DNA of 64,000 nucleotides from Methanotrichaceae archaeon (GTDB lineage Archaea; Halobacteriota; Methanosarcinia; Methanotrichales; Methanotrichaceae): NCBI GenBank assembly GCA_963803145.1, contig CAWDLW010000008.1, positions 448,001 to 512,000 of the forward strand, read 5' to 3'. Shown piece by piece: positions 63,046 to 64,000 of this stretch (position 1 is its first letter; each line of letters starts with the position of its first letter). The notes under the pieces were generated by a model. It saw only the letters and a program-made list of their open reading frames with translations, ran no database searches and was not told where the DNA came from. The position numbers and the translations under genes were made by a program.

Positions 63046-63396
63046 TCAGCTCTTTGCTATCGATCCAAGCGCCACAGTTCCAGGCATTGTCGTGATCCCT
63101 TCAGGGGTCGCACTGGCTCCGGATGGCAGCTTTATGGAGTAGGACGATACTCCTCCAACCTTTATGGAGTATGGGACTTGAGTGACCGTGACCGCCGATG
63201 TCGGGGAAGCCTCCGGCGGAATCGAACCTGGCGTGATATTTTGGGCAGGCTCACCCATACTTATCGAATAATTGACCGGCGTCGACCCAATGCTGTAGGA
63301 CTGATTGCTTCCAGACTGGAAGGTGAACCCTACTGCAGGCGATAAAATAGCTGCCGCAAACATAAGGGCTATAGTTATTGCCAAAACGTTTTTCAT
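63046..63396 (-). CDS. Small secreted S/T/P-rich protein (possibly truncated)
   Basis: Signal peptide; GGAGG RBS; repeated YSI motif. Confidence 0.65.
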   Translation of the reverse strand: MKNVLAITIALMFAAAILSPAVGFTFQSGSNQSYSIGSTPVNYSISMGEPAQNITPGSIPPEASPTSAVTVTQVPYSIKVGGVSSYSIKLPSGASATPEGITTMPGTVALGSIAKS

Positions 63397-63552
63397 CTAA
63401 GATTGCCTCCTGATTCCTCTAGTCCTCTTTAACCGCTTTTATATGTCTCATTCACGAGGTTAGCAACTGATCTTGTACATACTTCCCTTTGGAGAGACTT
63501 GGGCTTTTCTAGTTACTCTTCTTATTTATAGGCTTTTATAGGAAAACAGGCA

Positions 63553-64000
63553 GAAGACCCGCTCCCTTCAGGGGGCGGGATGAATGCCGTACGCTTTCCA
63601 GATTACTTTCGCTCCGTGCTCCATAGCTCTATATTCAAGCGCACTTAGAATAAAAACGAAATGAAGACTGCCTATAAGTTCAGAATGTATCCAACCAGGC
63701 GCCAAGAAGCTATGTTGGACCTGACACTCGAAACTTGTAGACATCTCTATAACCTAGCTTTGGCAGATAGGAAGAATGCCTATGAAGTTGAAGGCATTAG
63801 CAGAACCTATGAGGCTCAAGCTGCAATGCTGACGACTGATAAGAAGGACGGTAATTTCAAGGGTGTCTTCTCCCAGGTGCTTCAAGATGTTCTGAGAAGA
63901 TTAGACAAGTCCTTCAAGTCATTCTTCCGAAGGGTCAAGGCAGGGGAAAAACCTGGATACCCTAGATTCAAGGGCCAAGGCTGGTATAAGTGTTTAATAT
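63553..64000 (+). mobile_element. tnpB: IS200/IS605 (IS1341-type) element, tnpB 5' part starting at 63661
   Basis: Hairpin CCCGCTCCCTTCAGGGGGCGGG; MKTAYKFRMYPT...CRHLYNLAL...SQVLQDVLRRLDKSFKSFF...GYPRFK; runs off the window. Confidence 0.9.

Overview
This window looks archaeal, probably from a methanogen of the Methanothrix/Methanosarcinales type. That assignment is inferred from gene content only. It has two distinct halves. (1) 1-36 kb is a visibly AT-rich surface-glycan locus. It carries a GDP-heptose/octose-type pathway (hddA-hddC-gmhA-gmhB plus a transaldolase), GT2/GT4 glycosyltransferases, a flippase, a deacetylase, an SxtI/J/K/L-like carbamoylation module and a UDP-HexNAc epimerase/dehydrogenase pair. 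It also contains many IS elements (IS110, IS66, IS200, IS4/IS5, IS701) and a MITE. (2) 36-64 kb is a mosaic of short genes, nearly all on the minus strand: seven toxin-antitoxin modules, four acylphosphatase-coiled-coil paralogs, and TPR/HEAT and secreted proteins. About 10 co-oriented copies of a structured ~100-bp repeat (part of a ~250-300-bp composite unit) separate these genes, each lying downstream of a gene or TA pair. The layout resembles an integron-like cassette array with non-canonical sites. No recombinase for it is visible in the window. An intact IS110 element sits inside one repeat copy, and its non-coding end carries bridge-RNA-like guide matches to that site. No rRNA, tRNA or CRISPR array was found.
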